From contig CAZSZY010000003.1 in assembly GCA_964611285.1 (NCBI GenBank), positions 1-37,672 of the forward strand: a stretch of DNA of 37,672 bases, in the 5' to 3' direction. Source of the stretch: an uncultured Methanosarcinales archaeon. GTDB taxonomy: Archaea; Nanobdellota; Nanobdellia; Woesearchaeales; SKGA01. Shown one piece after another: positions 35,403-37,672 of this stretch (its first letter is position 1; each line of letters begins with the position of its first letter). The translations under genes and the position numbers were made by a program. Under the pieces are notes generated by a model that was not told the origin of the DNA, did no database searches, and worked only from the letters and a program-made list of their open reading frames with translations.

Positions 35403-37580
35403 TTATTCAGACTTATCTAGACCTTTCCGTGAACGGATTTGTTTGATAATTTTGTCCTGAAGTTCAGGAGGTAATCGTTCGAAGGTTTGGTCGACAACTG
35501 AACTGCTGCCACGACCACCTGTTGATGAACGTAGCTCACTTGCTAATCCAAACATTTCTGCTACAGGAAGTTTACCTTTTACAACAACGATTGCACCATT
35601 ATCATCCATGTCTAATAATTGACCACGTTTGTTGTTGATAAGCTTGGATAATTCACCAGTAAATGCTGTAGGTGCTTCAAACTGTAATGTCTGCACCGGT
35701 TCATACAGAACTGCTTTTGCGCCTCGCATAGCTTCTCTTATACCTTCTCGTACAGCTGGATAAAGCTGAGCAGGACCACGATGAATTGCGTCCTCGTGCA
35801 ATTTTACATCATCAAGTGTGACTCTTACACCAAATGATGGTTCGTTAGCAAGACCACCAGCACGCATAACATCTTCAAACATGTCCAGTACCATTTCCAT
35901 AATTTCACCAATGTGCACAATACCACGTGTACCATCAACGAAAACATTTCCATTGTAGACATCTTTTACTTTGTCAGCAACCTTAGTGTTCCAACCTGAA
36001 TCAACAAATTGCTGTCTAAAATCAAGATCTTTTCTTTTTACTCGACCAGCTTGAATTTTTCCCGCGTGAATTTTTTCAACAATGTCTGCTTCTAATGGTT
36101 CAACGTAAAAATAGAGCTTGTTGTGTTTGTTAGGAGATTTACCTTCAGCTGCTTCCGAATTCTTTCCAGTTACAGTTTCTCTGTATACAACAACAGGTGG
36201 ACTTGTTTTAACTTCAACGCCTTTTTCTCTAACAATTCTGTTTTCAATAATTTCTAAGTGAAGCTCACCCATACCACTTAAGAGGTGCTCTCCCGTTTCT
36301 TGGTTTAGAGTAATTTCAACAGAAGGGTCTTCTTTTGAAACTTGAATAAGTACTTCAACAAGTTTTGGTAAGTCACTTGGTTTCTTTGCTTCAATTGCTT
36401 TTGTAATAACTGGATCAAAGATGTGACTTAAGTTTTCGAAAGGTTGTGTTTCTTTGTGCATAGATACTGTTTCACCAGGGTAAGCACCTTTTAGACCACC
36501 AACACCAATAATGTTTCCTGCAGGAACATTGTCAACGATTTCTTTTTTAGCTCCGTTGTAAATGTAAATTTGCTGTGTTCGTACTTCCATGTTAGCTTTA
36601 TGCATAAATGCATTCAAGCCCTTTTTCATAGTACCAGAATACAAACGACCCATACAAATTTCTCCTGCTTGCGGATCAACAACTACTTTTGTTACAACAA
36701 ACATAAGCTCTCCATTTGGATCAGCTGTCGTTAATGATTTACCAACATCACTGTCTAATTCTCCTTTCCAGAATTTTTCAACACGGTAAGCTGCTGCTTG
36801 TACAGGATCCGGATGATGTTTTACAGAAGCTGTTAAAAGAACATCATGTAGTGGAGCAACTTTTCCAAGTTTTTTCCAAGCATCATCTTCACCGCTAGTA
36901 TATGCATCAATAATAGTTTTAAAAGATACACCATGTTTTTGCATGTAAGGAATACTTAATGCCCAGTTGTGGAATGCACTACCAAAGCAAACGCTTCCGT
37001 CTTGTACATTAACTTGCCATTTTTCTCCGTAATCTTCTTCTGCAATTTCAACGATGAGTTTGTTTACAGCATTAATTGTTTTTGTAAATCGCTCCATCAT
37101 TGCTTCAGGTGTTAATTGTAATTCTTTGATTAAACGATCTGTCTTATTAATGAAGAGTAGGGGTTTAACTCGCTCACGAAGCGCTTGCCGAAGAACAGTT
37201 TCTGTTTGCGGCATAATACCTTCAACAGCACAACAAACAACTACTGCACCATCAACTGCACGCATAGCACGTGTTACGTCACCACCAAAATCAACGTGAC
37301 CAGGAGTATCAATTAAGTTGATTAAGTATTCTTTGTCATCAACAGTGTGCATCATGGAAACAGCTGCACTATCAATAGTAATGCCACGTTCTGCTTCATC
37401 ATCATGAAAATCTAGAGCTACAGCTTTACCAGCTAACTCTTCACTAAGCATTCCTGCACCTGCAAGCAAATTGTCAGAAAGAGTTGTCTTTCCGTGATCA
37501 ATATGCGCAGCGATTGCAATATTTCGAATTTGTTGTGGGTTTTTCATACCCGTCATTACTCTATCAGCCATCTTTGCCAT
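35403..37580 (-). CDS. fusA: Elongation factor aEF-2
   Basis: AHIDHGKTT, DTPGHVDFGG, diphthamide loop LHEDAIHRG; AGGTGA SD. Confidence 0.98.
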   Translation of the reverse strand: MAKMADRVMTGMKNPQQIRNIAIAAHIDHGKTTLSDNLLAGAGMLSEELAGKAVALDFHDDEAERGITIDSAAVSMMHTVDDKEYLINLIDTPGHVDFGGDVTRAMRAVDGAVVVCCAVEGIMPQTETVLRQALRERVKPLLFINKTDRLIKELQLTPEAMMERFTKTINAVNKLIVEIAEEDYGEKWQVNVQDGSVCFGSAFHNWALSIPYMQKHGVSFKTIIDAYTSGEDDAWKKLGKVAPLHDVLLTASVKHHPDPVQAAAYRVEKFWKGELDSDVGKSLTTADPNGELMFVVTKVVVDPQAGEICMGRLYSGTMKKGLNAFMHKANMEVRTQQIYIYNGAKKEIVDNVPAGNIIGVGGLKGAYPGETVSMHKETQPFENLSHIFDPVITKAIEAKKPSDLPKLVEVLIQVSKEDPSVEITLNQETGEHLLSGMGELHLEIIENRIVREKGVEVKTSPPVVVYRETVTGKNSEAAEGKSPNKHNKLYFYVEPLEADIVEKIHAGKIQAGRVKRKDLDFRQQFVDSGWNTKVADKVKDVYNGNVFVDGTRGIVHIGEIMEMVLDMFEDVMRAGGLANEPSFGVRVTLDDVKLHEDAIHRGPAQLYPAVREGIREAMRGAKAVLYEPVQTLQFEAPTAFTGELSKLINNKRGQLLDMDDNGAIVVVKGKLPVAEMFGLASELRSSTGGRGSSSVVDQTFERLPPELQDKIIKQIRSRKGLDKSE

Positions 37581-37591
37581 GTTTATTCACC

Positions 37592-37672
37592 TTATTGTGT
37601 GTGAGCTTCATGCACTGTTTTGTAAGAGTGCATATCATCTTTTGTAAACCATAAATTAAGTTCGTATTCAGC
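37592..37672 (-). CDS. ndk: 3' end of a probable nucleoside diphosphate kinase (partial)
   Basis: Manual translation AEYELNLWFTKDDMHSYKTVHEAHTQ* resembles the NDK C-terminus (E..LWF). Only 26 aa visible. Confidence 0.55.
   Translation of the reverse strand, partial: AEYELNLWFTKDDMHSYKTVHEAHTQ

Noticed and set aside
23-37299. Many 60-150 aa ORFs antisense or out of frame within recognised genes (e.g. 3329-3778, 24365-24787, 24845-25231, 33888-34220)
   Set aside because: Shadow ORFs of conserved genes, with no SD, motif or independent promoter.
1-37672. Alternative genetic code or stop-codon recoding
   Set aside because: Conserved genes are full length, and TAA, TAG and TGA all act as stops.

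Overview
AT-rich archaeal chromosome segment using the standard code, with TTTATAAA-type TATA boxes, AGGTGA Shine-Dalgarno motifs, aEF-1alpha/aEF-2, Elp3, Trm1, Dph6, a histone and BHB-type tRNA introns. Gene content and compact layout suggest a DPANN archaeon, probably Woesearchaeota-like (inference). The window holds many translation and tRNA-modification genes and six tRNA genes. Four tRNAs carry introns, and two of these (Ala-GGC, Ser-GGA) have two introns each, one at a non-canonical position. There is also a ~10.4 kb fermentation island: GAPOR, a membrane protein, a lipoprotein, an NTPase, single-chain PFOR and a ferredoxin, converging on pta-X-ackA. The best candidate for an undescribed system is the set of accessory genes inside that island: a possible S-component-like membrane protein, two exported sulfite-oxidase-fold-like proteins and an NTPase. 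These may acquire or traffic the W/Mo-pterin cofactor GAPOR needs. Other highlights: an unannotated 26-aa PIP-box-like microprotein, relic histone 3' ends, probable non-AUG starts on GAPOR and ferredoxin, twin DUF134 operators, two families of dispersed structured repeats, and a degenerate duplicate 5' half ahead of tRNA-Ser(GGA). All family calls are from motif recognition by eye; no searches were run.
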